The notes under the pieces were generated by a model that was not told the DNA's origin, did not search any database, and saw nothing but the letters and a program-made list of their open reading frames with translations. From Clostridia bacterium (lineage in GTDB: Bacteria; Bacillota; Clostridia; Oscillospirales; Acutalibacteraceae): 64,000 bases of DNA. The stretch covers positions 9,253 to 73,252 of the forward strand of contig JAFQON010000047.1 of the NCBI GenBank assembly GCA_017403185.1, given 5' to 3'. The translations under genes and the position numbers were made by a program. Shown here piece by piece: positions 27,894 to 37,704 of this stretch (the stretch's first letter is position 1; each line of letters begins with the position of its first letter).

Positions 27894-28784
27894 ATGACAG
27901 GTATAATTCTTCTTGACAAACCAAAGGATATAACCTCATTCGGTGCGGTTGCGAGAGTGCGCAGGATTAGCGGTGAGAAAAAATGCGGGCACACGGGCAC
28001 GCTTGACCCTATGGCGACGGGTGTTTTAACAATAATGCTCGGCGGCGCAACCCGTTTCTGCGAGCTTCTGCCGAGCCACGATAAGGCGTATATTGCCTCT
28101 TTCCGCCTCGGCACGGTAACCGATACCCTCGATATAACGGGCAAGGTGCTTGAAACGAGAGATGTGAATGTTACCGCAGAGCAGATGAAAGAGAAAATCA
28201 AGGATTTCATCGGCGATATCAGTCAGCTTCCGCCGATGTATTCTGCAGTTTCCGTTAACGGGCAAAGGCTTTATGACCTTGCAAGGCAGGGGATTGAGGT
28301 TGAGCGAAAGGCGAGAGAGGTTACCGTTTTTTCAATAGAAATTCTTGCTGAAAATGAGCAGGCGGGCGAATATGAAATCGCTGTTGAGTGCTCCTCGGGC
28401 ACATATATCCGCACTCTGATTGCAGATTTGGGCGAGGCACTCGGCTGCGGTGCGGTGATGACGGATTTGCGCCGAACAAAGGCAAACGGCTTTGACATTT
28501 CTCAGGCGGTAACACTTGAAGAGCTTGCAGAAAAAGCCGAAAAAGGTGAGCTTGCAGATGTGCTCATCCCTGTTGACAAGGCACTTGAGGATTACCCTGT
28601 TATTACTGTCACCGAGGCTCAGGCAAAACGGTTCCGCAACGGCGGTGAGCTTGATTTGCAGCGCCTGAGATGCCCGAAGATGCTCGGAGCATACAGAATC
28701 TATGACCCCGAAAACAACTTTATCGGTCTTGGCGAAATTAATCACGGCGACAGCCTGATTATCAAAAGAGTTTTTGTGGGATAA
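27894..28784 (+). CDS. truB: tRNA pseudouridine(55) synthase
   Basis: LDKP, GHTGTLDPMATGVL, PPMYSA, GTYIRTL. Confidence 0.96.
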   Translation: MTGIILLDKPKDITSFGAVARVRRISGEKKCGHTGTLDPMATGVLTIMLGGATRFCELLPSHDKAYIASFRLGTVTDTLDITGKVLETRDVNVTAEQMKEKIKDFIGDISQLPPMYSAVSVNGQRLYDLARQGIEVERKAREVTVFSIEILAENEQAGEYEIAVECSSGTYIRTLIADLGEALGCGAVMTDLRRTKANGFDISQAVTLEELAEKAEKGELADVLIPVDKALEDYPVITVTEAQAKRFRNGGELDLQRLRCPKMLGAYRIYDPENNFIGLGEINHGDSLIIKRVFVG

Positions 28785-28788
28785 ATAA

Positions 28789-28812
28789 AAGGCACGGAAT
28801 AATCCGTGCCTT
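28789..28812. terminator. Bidirectional terminator truB/trpB
   Basis: aaggcacgga-ataa-tccgtgcctt. Confidence 0.75.
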
Positions 28813-28817
28813 ATTTC

Positions 28818-30038
28818 TTATCTTATACCGTAATTTTCAATTACATAATCCATATCCTTGTCGCCTCTGCCCGAGAGATTGATGAGCACTGAGCCGTGGT
28901 CCATTCTCTGAGCAAGCTTCATGCCGTAAGCAACGGCGTGCGAGCTTTCAATAGCAGGGATGATGCCTTCAAGGCGTGAAAGCTTATAGAATGCGTCGAT
29001 TGTTTCTTCATCGTCGATAACATCGTATTTAACTCTGCCGATTTCCTGAAGGAAGGCGTGCTCAGGGCCCGATGAGGGGTAGTCAAGACCGCTTGCAACC
29101 GAGTAAACGGGTGCGGGCTCGCCGTTTTCATCCTTGAGCATGATGCTGTTGAAGCCGTGCATAATGCCCTCTGTGCCGTACTTAAGGCTTGCGGCGTGGT
29201 CGCCGAGCTTGGGACCTCTGCCGAGGGGCTCAATGCCGTAAATGTCAACGGGGTCATTGAGGAAGCCTGCAAAAAGACCTGCAGCATTTGAGCCGCCGCC
29301 TACACACGCAACGATTGCGTTGGGCAGATGACCTGTCATTTCAACAAACTGGTCTCTTGCTTCGATGCCGACAATGCTCTGGAAATCACGCACCATCATC
29401 GGGAAGGGATGAGGGCCGAGCACCGAGCCGATGCAGTAGATTGAGTCTTTATATTCCTTGCTGTATGCGTCAAAGGCTGCGTCAACAGCCTCTTTAAGTG
29501 TCTGAAGTCCGTGAGTTACCTCAACAACATTTGCGCCGAGGATTTTCATTCTTGCAACATTGGGAGCCTGCTTTTTGATATCAACAGAGCCCATATATAT
29601 ATCGCATTCGAGACCGAAATATGCCGCTGCGGTTGCAAGAGCAACGCCGTGCTGACCTGCGCCTGTCTCTGCGATAACCTTTTTCTTGCCCATATATTTT
29701 GCAAGAAGAGCTTCACCCATGCAGTGGTTGAGCTTATGCGCACCCGAATGGTTAAGGTCCTCACGCTTTGCATAAAGCTGCACCTTACCGCCGAGCGAAT
29801 CCGAAAGTCTTTCAAGATGAGTGACCGGAGTGGGTCTGCCCTGAAATTCCTTGCGTATTCTGCGAAGCTCCGCAATGAATTTTCTTGACTGGCAGATTGA
29901 ATAATATGCTTCTGTTATTTCAGCCATTGCAGCCTTTAGCTTATCGTCAATATAAACTCCGCCGTATTTGCCGAAATATCCGTTTTTATCGGGATAATTG
30001 TTAAAATAGGTATCAAAATCAACATTGTTAAATTTCAT
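28818..30038 (-). CDS. trpB: Tryptophan synthase beta chain (stand-alone)
   Basis: [52 protein letters not shown]; ATG 30038 after GGAGG. Confidence 0.95.
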   Translation of the reverse strand: MKFNNVDFDTYFNNYPDKNGYFGKYGGVYIDDKLKAAMAEITEAYYSICQSRKFIAELRRIRKEFQGRPTPVTHLERLSDSLGGKVQLYAKREDLNHSGAHKLNHCMGEALLAKYMGKKKVIAETGAGQHGVALATAAAYFGLECDIYMGSVDIKKQAPNVARMKILGANVVEVTHGLQTLKEAVDAAFDAYSKEYKDSIYCIGSVLGPHPFPMMVRDFQSIVGIEARDQFVEMTGHLPNAIVACVGGGSNAAGLFAGFLNDPVDIYGIEPLGRGPKLGDHAASLKYGTEGIMHGFNSIMLKDENGEPAPVYSVASGLDYPSSGPEHAFLQEIGRVKYDVIDDEETIDAFYKLSRLEGIIPAIESSHAVAYGMKLAQRMDHGSVLINLSGRGDKDMDYVIENYGIR

Positions 30039-30135
30039 TACAGATTCCTCCAATATATTTATTAAGTTAAGTTACAGAATAATTATTGCGGCTTACGCCA
30101 TCGCTTTGTTAAAAGAATCATAAAATCACCCGTAA

Positions 30136-30400
30136 AAATAAATAATCCCTGACAGAAATTGTTCTGTCAAGGACGAATAAGCTATTCGCGGTGCCACCTT
30201 GATTCGCAAAAATGCGCACTTTGCAGGATACTTACATACCCCCGGCAACTAACGCTTGCCCTCTCGTTGCAGAATACTTTGCGATAAATCGCATTTGACT
30301 GCACCCTCGGCGGCCCATTTGACGAATTGTTTCTTACCTGACTCTCAGCAACGCAGGCTCTCTGTGAAGGCATCAACGCCTTTATCTCCGCTTCAACGGT
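30136..30400 (-). ncRNA. T-box riboswitch, Trp (UGG) specifier
   Basis: Minus strand: AGAGAG and GCUGAG stem-I motifs, specifier CAAAUGG, T-box AAGGUGGCACCGCG (30187-30200), terminator ccttgacagaa...ttctgtcaggg plus T-rich tail. Confidence 0.92.
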
Positions 30401-30420
30401 TTGAAATATTAATTTTCTGT

Positions 30421-30449
30421 ATTATATCACCGTAAAATAATATTGTCAA
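30421..30449 (-). promoter_or_regulatory. sigma-A promoter of T-box/trpB
   Basis: Perfect TTGACA-17nt-TATAAT with extended TG. Confidence 0.85.
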
Positions 30450-30465
30450 GCGGGAATTTTTTGCA

Positions 30466-31263
30466 TCAGGGCTCGCTGATGAATTTGAGGGGATTTGTTC
30501 TTTCATAGCAGCCGTCGCTTGTTTCAACCCTTACCTCAAAATGAAGGTGGGGGGCAGTGGTGTTGCCCGTGTCGCCAACAAGGCCGATTACCTGGCCTCT
30601 TTTTACCGTGTCACCCTCAGAAACCTGAATATCATTTGAGTGAGCGTAAAGAGTCTGCACGCCGTTACCGTGGTCAATGATGCAGTAGTTGCCGAAGCCG
30701 GTGTTCCAGTTGCCGTCATTGTATGCCGTAACAACCACGCCGTCCTGAGCGGCATAAATATAAGTGTTTTCGGTTATGTTGCCGCCGCTTCCGCCGTAAA
30801 GAGCGATATCAACACCGCCGTGGTAGGCTCCGCTTGAATAATACGGATAGCCTGCGGTGATTATTGCGTCGGAGTCTGCAGGCCATGCGAAGCTGCCGGA
30901 CTGCTTTTCTCTCTTCTTTTGCTGAGTGGTTTCAGGCTTTGTTTCAGGCTCTGTTGCCTTGACGGTTGTTGTTTCGGCAGCTTTTGTTGTTTCAACCTTT
31001 GTGGTTGAGGGCTTTGCGGCTTTTGCTGTTGTTGTTTCTGCCTTCTCGGCCTTTTTTGATTTTGATGTTGTTGTATCTGAAGCTGTTGAGGTTGCAACAG
31101 CTGTTGTTGTGATTGTTGAGGTTGATGCCGTGGTGCGTGCTGTCAAAGATGTTGCTTCGCTGAAATATGCTGCCTGAGCCGAGCCCTGAGCCGGCTTGCC
31201 TGCACCGATGCAGCCCATTATGCCCATTACAAGAGAAAGCGCAAGGGGTATAATTCTGTTCAT
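30466..31263 (-). CDS. M23 family peptidase, secreted/lipoprotein, Thr-rich linker
   Basis: HGGVD, YAH, GNTTAPHLHFEV; N-terminal signal ending IMGC. Confidence 0.9.
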   Translation of the reverse strand: MNRIIPLALSLVMGIMGCIGAGKPAQGSAQAAYFSEATSLTARTTASTSTITTTAVATSTASDTTTSKSKKAEKAETTTAKAAKPSTTKVETTKAAETTTVKATEPETKPETTQQKKREKQSGSFAWPADSDAIITAGYPYYSSGAYHGGVDIALYGGSGGNITENTYIYAAQDGVVVTAYNDGNWNTGFGNYCIIDHGNGVQTLYAHSNDIQVSEGDTVKRGQVIGLVGDTGNTTAPHLHFEVRVETSDGCYERTNPLKFISEP

Positions 31264-31497
31264 TTGAGTACCTGCCTTTCACGAAATCCTGTAAATTCTA
31301 CCACAGATCAGCTTTTTTTTCAATGTTAATTTTTAATATGTTTATTCATAAAAAACAGGTATTTTTAACCAAAACGCAGAGAGAATTGCAAAAAATACCG
31401 AAAAAGACAAAAATTTTACGGTTTTCAAATCGGATATTGACTTTTTGAAATTATTGGTATTAAATATTATTATAAAAATATCAGGAGGAACAGAAAA

Positions 31498-32835
31498 ATG
31501 AAAAAACTGATATCCGTCACAGCTCTCACCCTTGCTGCACTGATTGTTTTCGGAGTCACTGCCTTTGCTGAGCCGGGCTTCGCCTATAAACCCGAGGTGC
31601 TTGAAGAATTTGCTCCGAAATGGAGCGCAATCAGTGCGGATGAAACCGTTATTTCTCTCACCCCCGGTGCGCAGATCGGAGAAATTCGGTTTGCGTGGCT
31701 TTCGGGCGAAAAAGACACCGAAGTATCCTTCAGAATTTCCGCAAATGAAGATATGACATCATACAAAGAGATTACCGTTGAAACAAGCGATGCAATTTCG
31801 GATTACAAATCCAACAAAGTGACCGTTACGGGGCTCGAAGAGGGTAAAAGCTACTATTATTCATATACCGAAAACGGCGTGTGGAGCGAGCCGGCAAAGT
31901 TTACCGTGCAGCCCGACGATGAATTCACCGTGCTTTATGTTTCCGATGCGCAGATAGGCCGTTCGGGTGAAGAAACGCTTGAAGAAATCCTTATCCGTGA
32001 CACCTGCGGTTGGCATTATACCGTTGATAAAATGCTTGGGAAGTATCCCGATGCCGCTTTTGCGATTTCGGGCGGCGATCAGTTTCAGTCACCCGACAGC
32101 ATCACGCAGATGAGGGCTTATCTTTCACCCGAGCAGCTTCGTTCACTGCCCGTTGCAAACACAATCGGCAATCATGATGACGGTGCTACTCTCTACGGCG
32201 ATATTTTCAACAATCCCAACGAGGTCAGGGAGCTTTTTGCAGATGAGGCGGGCACGGGTTATTATTACACCTACGGCGACACGCTTTTTATCACCGTGAA
32301 TTCAAACAACACCTTCCTTTTTGACACCGCAAGGGTGCTGCGTGAGGCGGTCAAGGCACACCCCGACACAAAGTGGAGAGTCGTGACAATGCACCACAAC
32401 CCCTATTCCGCATCGCTTGCAGACGGCGAATACAGCGAGGAAAGAGTGCTTTTCTCCGCTCTTTATGACTGCTACGATATCGACCTTGTGCTCAGCGGTC
32501 ACGACCATCTTTATTCACGCACCGAGGTTATGTACGGCGGCAAAAAGGCAGAGGGAGAGGGCACTGTTTATGTGCAGTCCTCATCGGCATCGGGCAGCAA
32601 CTATGACCCGCTGCCTGAGGAAACGGCTTCGTTTATTGTGAGCGCATTTGATGTGAGAGTGCCCACCTACACGGCATTCACCTTCACGGATGATGCGATT
32701 ATCGGCACAACCTACCGCACGGATACAGACGAAATCATTGACTCCTTTGAGATTGCGGATAACACAAGCAACTCAAGCGCAAACATTTTCACAATGGTTA
32801 TCTCGATTTTCAGAACACTTTTTTCGATGATATAA
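31498..32835 (+). CDS. Secreted purple acid phosphatase-like metallophosphoesterase (FN3 + MPP)
   Basis: Signal peptide, SDAQ, GGDQ, GNHD, MHH, SGHDH. Confidence 0.88.
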   Translation: MKKLISVTALTLAALIVFGVTAFAEPGFAYKPEVLEEFAPKWSAISADETVISLTPGAQIGEIRFAWLSGEKDTEVSFRISANEDMTSYKEITVETSDAISDYKSNKVTVTGLEEGKSYYYSYTENGVWSEPAKFTVQPDDEFTVLYVSDAQIGRSGEETLEEILIRDTCGWHYTVDKMLGKYPDAAFAISGGDQFQSPDSITQMRAYLSPEQLRSLPVANTIGNHDDGATLYGDIFNNPNEVRELFADEAGTGYYYTYGDTLFITVNSNNTFLFDTARVLREAVKAHPDTKWRVVTMHHNPYSASLADGEYSEERVLFSALYDCYDIDLVLSGHDHLYSRTEVMYGGKKAEGEGTVYVQSSSASGSNYDPLPEETASFIVSAFDVRVPTYTAFTFTDDAIIGTTYRTDTDEIIDSFEIADNTSNSSANIFTMVISIFRTLFSMI

Positions 32836-32840
32836 GCAAA

Positions 32841-32865
32841 AACGGGCTGTCACCGACAGTCCGTT
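32841..32865. terminator. Terminator hairpin between convergent genes
   Basis: aacgggctgtc-acc-gacagtccgtt. Confidence 0.65.
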
Positions 32866-32870
32866 AATTT

Positions 32871-33914
32871 TTATTGCTCCTGCACCCCGTACGCATCAAC
32901 AAGGGCGAAATATTCATCCTCCGAGATTGCGACCACCGAGCCGTGGCGGGGTTTAAGATGGTCAACGGAATAGGTTGACCTCTGCACCCTTCTGAAATTC
33001 TCAAAATCCCTTGTCATCTGTGCAAAGAAGGTGCCCTCACTGTATTCATCCATAATCATCATCCACGCATCCGTGCCCGTTATGCGATACATTGAGCTGC
33101 CTTCAACACCCCACCAGTTGAGCGAGCAGATTGTGTAATCCGTGTTGTAGGGTCCCGTCAGATTTTTTGATTTTACATAGGCGATTTTCTGAGTTAAATC
33201 CTCTTTGAAATATAGATAATAATAACCGTCTTTTTCATTATATATTATATCGCCGTCAATGCACTGAACATTTCTTGTGCCGCCCGTTGCAGGGTCAGGC
33301 TCATTCCACCTGCCGAAAAGCACCTTTGGCTCGGTTTCAAATTTCTTGAAATCCTTTGTGTATGCGTAGTAGTGACCTGCACAGTCATTTTCGGCGGTTG
33401 AATTTGCCCAGTAGACCATATACATTCCTTTGTCCGCATCCCAAATCGCCTGAGGTGCCCAAGCTCTGTTGGTGGTTTCAAAGCCTTCAAATTGGCGGAT
33501 GTCAATGACGGTTTCGTCAGTCCAATTGATGAGGTCATAGGATTTCCATGTGATAAGGCTGTGGTTTGAGGTCCAGCCGTCAAGCGCATTCATATCGGTT
33601 GCGATTATGAAGTAGCAGTTTTTGCCGTTTTCGTCAGTGCCCTTGAGAATATATGGGTCACGCACGCAGCCCGTGCCGAGAGTCTGGTCAATAACCGCTT
33701 CGTTGCCGTTGAGGGCTTCAAAGTTGTAGCCGTCTGTGCTCACGGCAAGGTGAATTGTCTGCTCATCAACCTCGTTGCCCACAAAGTAGCAGAAGAGATA
33801 CGCTCCCTCGGTGCTTACGGCAGGGTAGGCGTAGTCATTGAAAACATAGTTAAAAAGATAATACGGAATCATAAGGAATGCAACAAGTATTCTTGTGAAA
33901 GACATAAAGGTCAT
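32871..33914 (-). CDS. Glycoside hydrolase family 43 protein
   Basis: VRDPYI, ATD, AWAPQ, CIDG, VEG, PRHGSV five-bladed propeller motifs. Confidence 0.85.
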   Translation of the reverse strand: MTFMSFTRILVAFLMIPYYLFNYVFNDYAYPAVSTEGAYLFCYFVGNEVDEQTIHLAVSTDGYNFEALNGNEAVIDQTLGTGCVRDPYILKGTDENGKNCYFIIATDMNALDGWTSNHSLITWKSYDLINWTDETVIDIRQFEGFETTNRAWAPQAIWDADKGMYMVYWANSTAENDCAGHYYAYTKDFKKFETEPKVLFGRWNEPDPATGGTRNVQCIDGDIIYNEKDGYYYLYFKEDLTQKIAYVKSKNLTGPYNTDYTICSLNWWGVEGSSMYRITGTDAWMMIMDEYSEGTFFAQMTRDFENFRRVQRSTYSVDHLKPRHGSVVAISEDEYFALVDAYGVQEQ

Positions 33915-34120
33915 GGCTTTTCTCCTCAGGTTTTTGCTTTATTATACCATATTTATCAAATAAATAAAGAAAAATTTGCATAAGGTTGCGAATTGAAAAA
34001 AATCATTGTATAATCGTGATTATTATAACTAAAAAATTTTTTTGAAAAATTTTTCAAAAAAGTGTAACGAAACTGAAATTTTCTGCATTAACAGACAGAA
34101 AAACGAAAGGAGGGCGGAAA

Positions 34121-34603
34121 ATGCAGTCAATGGAAGAGATTTATCAGCAGCACGCAAGAACGGTTTACAAATTCATTTTATCCATGACTCACGATGAGGA
34201 TTTATCCGAGGAGCTTACACAGGAAACATTTTATCAGGCAATCCGAAGCATAGACCGCTTTGATAACAGCTGCTCCGTTTCCACCTGGCTGTGTGCCATT
34301 GCAAAGAATCAGCTTGCGGCTTACAGAAGAAAGCATCCCGTACATACGGATATTCAGGATTACACGCAGGCTGCAGGCTCCGCGGAAGATGATATAATTG
34401 CTTCTTCGGACAGGGTTGAGCTGATGAAAAAGCTTCACGGCTGCCCTGAGCCGTACAGAGAAATAATATACATGAGGGTTTTCGGCGATTTATCCTTCAG
34501 GGAAATAGGCGAGATAATGGGCAAAACCGAAAACTGGGCAAGAGTTAATTTTTACAGAGGAAAAGAAAGACTCAGAAAGGAGATAACCGATAATGAAAAA
34601 TAA
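34121..34603 (+). CDS. ECF RNA polymerase sigma factor
   Basis: EELTQETF, STWLCAIAKN, LSFREIGEIMGKTENWARVNFYRGK. Confidence 0.93.
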   Translation: MQSMEEIYQQHARTVYKFILSMTHDEDLSEELTQETFYQAIRSIDRFDNSCSVSTWLCAIAKNQLAAYRRKHPVHTDIQDYTQAAGSAEDDIIASSDRVELMKKLHGCPEPYREIIYMRVFGDLSFREIGEIMGKTENWARVNFYRGKERLRKEITDNEK

Positions 34604-35615
34604 TACATCATGCGAAGTAATCAGAGATTTGCTGCCTTTATATATCGATGCACTCACATCCGAGGAGACAAACGGAATAATAAAGGAGCACATTGACGAA
34701 TGTGAGGATTGCAGGGCTGTTCTTGACAGAATGGTTGCGGACAGCACAGCTCCCGTTAAAACGGATGACCGAAAGACAATAGACTTTCTGAAAACCACAA
34801 GAAAAAAGAACAGAAAAAGCGTTCTGATTGCGGCTCTTATAAGCATTGCGGCGGCTGTTGTGCTGGTGCTTACCGCAGTTGTGTTGGCGGTGAATTTTAT
34901 TCCGAGAGATATTGATGCCGATGATGCGAGTTTGATTATTACTGTCCGTGAAGAGATAGTTTATCTTGAGGGAAGTGCCGATGATAAGAAGCTTCAGCTT
35001 TCAGGTGCAGATGTTACGGCTGAGGATGGTATTGTGAAAATATCGCTTAAAGCAGTAAGAAAGAATATTTTTAACAATAAGTATTTCTGTGCAGAGTGGA
35101 ACACTGCGCAGGAAGTTAAACAGGTTTATATTGATGACCGCATTGTATGGGAAGGCGGAGAAAGGATATCCGACTTTGTTTCACAGGTGTATGCTGAAAG
35201 ACATCTTTATATGGGAGAGATGACAGCCAATACCGATACAGCTATTGCACTCGGAATGTATAAGGTTCTCGGCAACTGCACAAATCAGCTTTTCAGCTCG
35301 CAGGAGCCCTACGGCTGGACGCTGTTCGTTGAAGAAGAGATACTTCCCGAGGAGCTTGCGAAGAAAGAGGAATATATGCAGTCGTGCGCATATGTGCTTC
35401 TCGGTCTCATTGACAATCTCGGCGTGATAAATTATGAATACACTGTCGGCGGCGAGGTGAAGGTGCTCACCGTTACAACAGCTCAGGCGGATGATTTTGC
35501 AGGCGAAAGCATCAAAAACTGCTACGACAGCGTACTGTCACTGCAGAATGTTATCAAAAAAGCCCCCGCAGTGCTTATGTCGCTTATCGAAGTTGAAAAA
35601 CATGAATATTATTAA
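34593..35615 (+). CDS. zf-HC2 anti-sigma factor with extracellular DUF4825-like domain
   Basis: CEVIRDLLPLY...HIDECEDC, TM helix, EPYG...LGLIDN; overlaps the sigma gene. Confidence 0.85.
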   Translation: MKNNTSCEVIRDLLPLYIDALTSEETNGIIKEHIDECEDCRAVLDRMVADSTAPVKTDDRKTIDFLKTTRKKNRKSVLIAALISIAAAVVLVLTAVVLAVNFIPRDIDADDASLIITVREEIVYLEGSADDKKLQLSGADVTAEDGIVKISLKAVRKNIFNNKYFCAEWNTAQEVKQVYIDDRIVWEGGERISDFVSQVYAERHLYMGEMTANTDTAIALGMYKVLGNCTNQLFSSQEPYGWTLFVEEEILPEELAKKEEYMQSCAYVLLGLIDNLGVINYEYTVGGEVKVLTVTTAQADDFAGESIKNCYDSVLSLQNVIKKAPAVLMSLIEVEKHEYY

Positions 35616-35619
35616 AAAG

Positions 35620-35651
35620 AAAGCCTCAGCCAAAACGGTTGAGGCTTTTTT
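35620..35651. terminator. Bidirectional terminator
   Basis: aaagcctcagcc-aaaac-ggttgaggctttt. Confidence 0.75.
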
Positions 35652-35652
35652 G

Positions 35653-36663
35653 CTATTTCATCAGTTCACTTGCTTTTTGCAGGGCTTCTGCTGAGAATGA
35701 CGGGATTCTGCCGAGATGGTCGGGGCCTACATTGAGCAGGTAGTTGATGCCGAGCGAGTTGAGCTTCGCCCTTCTTTCGGCAATTTCTTCGGGTGCAATC
35801 CAATTCTGGTCATAGTATTTATAGCCCCATGAGCTGTTGAGAGTGCCTGCGGTTTCATAAAGACCGTAGGGCGAATACTTGAAGCCGTCAAGGCGGTTGA
35901 GGTCGCCGCTTTCGTCGGGCTTGAATTCGGTTGGGTATTCGTTATCTCCGAGCGATACATAGTCATATGCGCCGTTGCCGATGCGTGAATTTATAAGGCA
36001 GTCGGGCTGATATTCCTTGACAAGCGCATTGAGCTCAAGGCTCTGCTCCTTTGTGATTGTGTGGGGCACATCAAACCATATGAGGCACAGGTCGCCGTAG
36101 CCCGTGAGGATTTCCTTGACCTGCGGCTTGATTTTTTCTTCAAAGCAGATTGAAAAATCTTTTTTGCTCCTGTCGGGGAAATCCCAGTTGTTATCCCACG
36201 ACGAGCCTGAGCAGCCCGTGAGATTTGTGTATCCGCCGCCGTGCGGGTGCTTCCAGTCAAGCTCCTGCGAATAATAAAGCCCGAATTTAAGCCCGTATTT
36301 ATAGCAGGCTTCGGCAAGCTCGGCGGTAACATCTCTGCCGAAAGGCGTTGCGTCAACTATGTTGAAGGGGTCTGCTTTTGATTTGAACATTGCAAAGCCG
36401 TCGTGATGCTTTGAGGTGAAAACGAAATACTTCATTCCGCAGTCACGGGCAAGGCGAATCCATTCATCGGCATCAAAGCAGACGGGGTTAAAAACTCCCG
36501 CAAGCTGAGCGTATTCATCGTTGGGGATTGCAAGCCAGCTCTGAATCCATTCGGCGTAGTCACGCACACGCCTGCCCCTGTATTCGCCGCCCAAAACGGA
36601 ATATAATCCCCAGTGCGCCATCATGCCGTATTGAGCGTTTTTAAACCACTCTCTGTTGTTCAT
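35653..36663 (-). CDS. Alpha-L-fucosidase (GH29)
   Basis: HWGLYS, TSKHHDGF, WFD, SWGY, LLNVGP. Confidence 0.92.
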   Translation of the reverse strand: MNNREWFKNAQYGMMAHWGLYSVLGGEYRGRRVRDYAEWIQSWLAIPNDEYAQLAGVFNPVCFDADEWIRLARDCGMKYFVFTSKHHDGFAMFKSKADPFNIVDATPFGRDVTAELAEACYKYGLKFGLYYSQELDWKHPHGGGYTNLTGCSGSSWDNNWDFPDRSKKDFSICFEEKIKPQVKEILTGYGDLCLIWFDVPHTITKEQSLELNALVKEYQPDCLINSRIGNGAYDYVSLGDNEYPTEFKPDESGDLNRLDGFKYSPYGLYETAGTLNSSWGYKYYDQNWIAPEEIAERRAKLNSLGINYLLNVGPDHLGRIPSFSAEALQKASELMK

Positions 36664-36664
36664 G

Positions 36665-37201
36665 TTATTTTACCTTATCCTTGTATTTTTTGTATTTTAC
36701 TGCAAAAGCAACGAATATTGTTACATAAAGAACGGTGATTGCACCGTAAACAGCCGTAAGGGCATAATTGTGTGTGCTGAAAATGCTGAGCAGAAGCTGC
36801 GGAATAATAACGAGAGAAAACATTACAAACAACGGGATCATTCTGCCCTTGAAAACTCTTTGCATCATTTGAAGGCGTGACTCGTCATCACAGAATATTT
36901 CTTCGTTGCCGTTCATTTCGGCAGCGGGCTTGCGGAAATAGCTGTAGCCCGCATAATCCTGAATGTATTCCCAGCCGCAGTCCTCAAACATCCTGATGTA
37001 TTCGTCCTTATGCGACAGCCCTTCCTGATTATAGTCAAGCTGATATACAACATCCTCGGGCTTGCTTTCTTCGAAATGATACATTCCCAAACCGCTTACC
37101 TTAGTGAATTTCCAGCCTTCTTTGCCCCTGCGCCTTAAATATTCCTGCTCCTTTTCATGTTCAACAATTGTGAAATATTTGAATTCTTTCTTTGTTTTCA
37201 T
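36665..37201 (-). CDS. DUF2812 membrane protein
   Basis: EQEYL...GW, YQLDY, YIRMFEDCGWEY; partner of PadR. Confidence 0.85.
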   Translation of the reverse strand: MKTKKEFKYFTIVEHEKEQEYLRRRGKEGWKFTKVSGLGMYHFEESKPEDVVYQLDYNQEGLSHKDEYIRMFEDCGWEYIQDYAGYSYFRKPAAEMNGNEEIFCDDESRLQMMQRVFKGRMIPLFVMFSLVIIPQLLLSIFSTHNYALTAVYGAITVLYVTIFVAFAVKYKKYKDKVK

Positions 37202-37202
37202 T

Positions 37203-37517
37203 TCAGATAACCTCCCTCGAGTTTTTGTAAAGCCGTTCAATGCGCCTGAGTTCAAGCTGAAGAACCTCGTTGCCCAACTCCGTTATTTGGTAGATTTTTC
37301 GTTTTTCTTCTTCATAAAGAAATTTTATTACCTTATCTTTTTCCATTTTGGACAGGCTGCCGTACATTGTTCCCGGTGCAAGCTTTATTTCGCCGCCCGT
37401 CATTTTTTCAACCGTCTGAACGATTCCGTAGCCGTGGTTGGGCTTGCGCAAGCACAGCAGAATATAAAATGCAGTCTCCGTCATCGGTATATATACTTTT
37501 CTTATATGCTGATCCAT
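37203..37517 (-). CDS. PadR family transcriptional regulator
   Basis: TETAFYILL, HGYGI, PGTMYGSL, RKIYQITELG. Confidence 0.93.
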   Translation of the reverse strand: MDQHIRKVYIPMTETAFYILLCLRKPNHGYGIVQTVEKMTGGEIKLAPGTMYGSLSKMEKDKVIKFLYEEEKRKIYQITELGNEVLQLELRRIERLYKNSREVI

Positions 37518-37540
37518 ATTTCATCGCCCGCTTTCAAATG

Positions 37541-37611
37541 TATTTCACTTCGATATATCGCACTGCGTTATATCTTGACTTCAGTATATCGCACTTCGAT
37601 GTATTTGTCAA
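37541..37611 (-). promoter_or_regulatory. padR promoter with four tandem operator-like units
   Basis: TTGACA (37606-37611)-17nt-TATACT (37583-37588), overlapped by ~15-bp repeats of TATCGCACTTCGATA. Confidence 0.7.
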
Positions 37612-37704
37612 CAGGTTTTTGAAAAATTTTTTCGGTATCAAAAGATTGAGTTTTACGCAAAGGTACAGTATAATAAAACCATATTGTTTTATGAGGTAAT
37701 ACGC

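Noticed and set aside
30182-30376. 64-aa ORF upstream of trpB
   Set aside because: Lies entirely within the T-box riboswitch, which explains the sequence.
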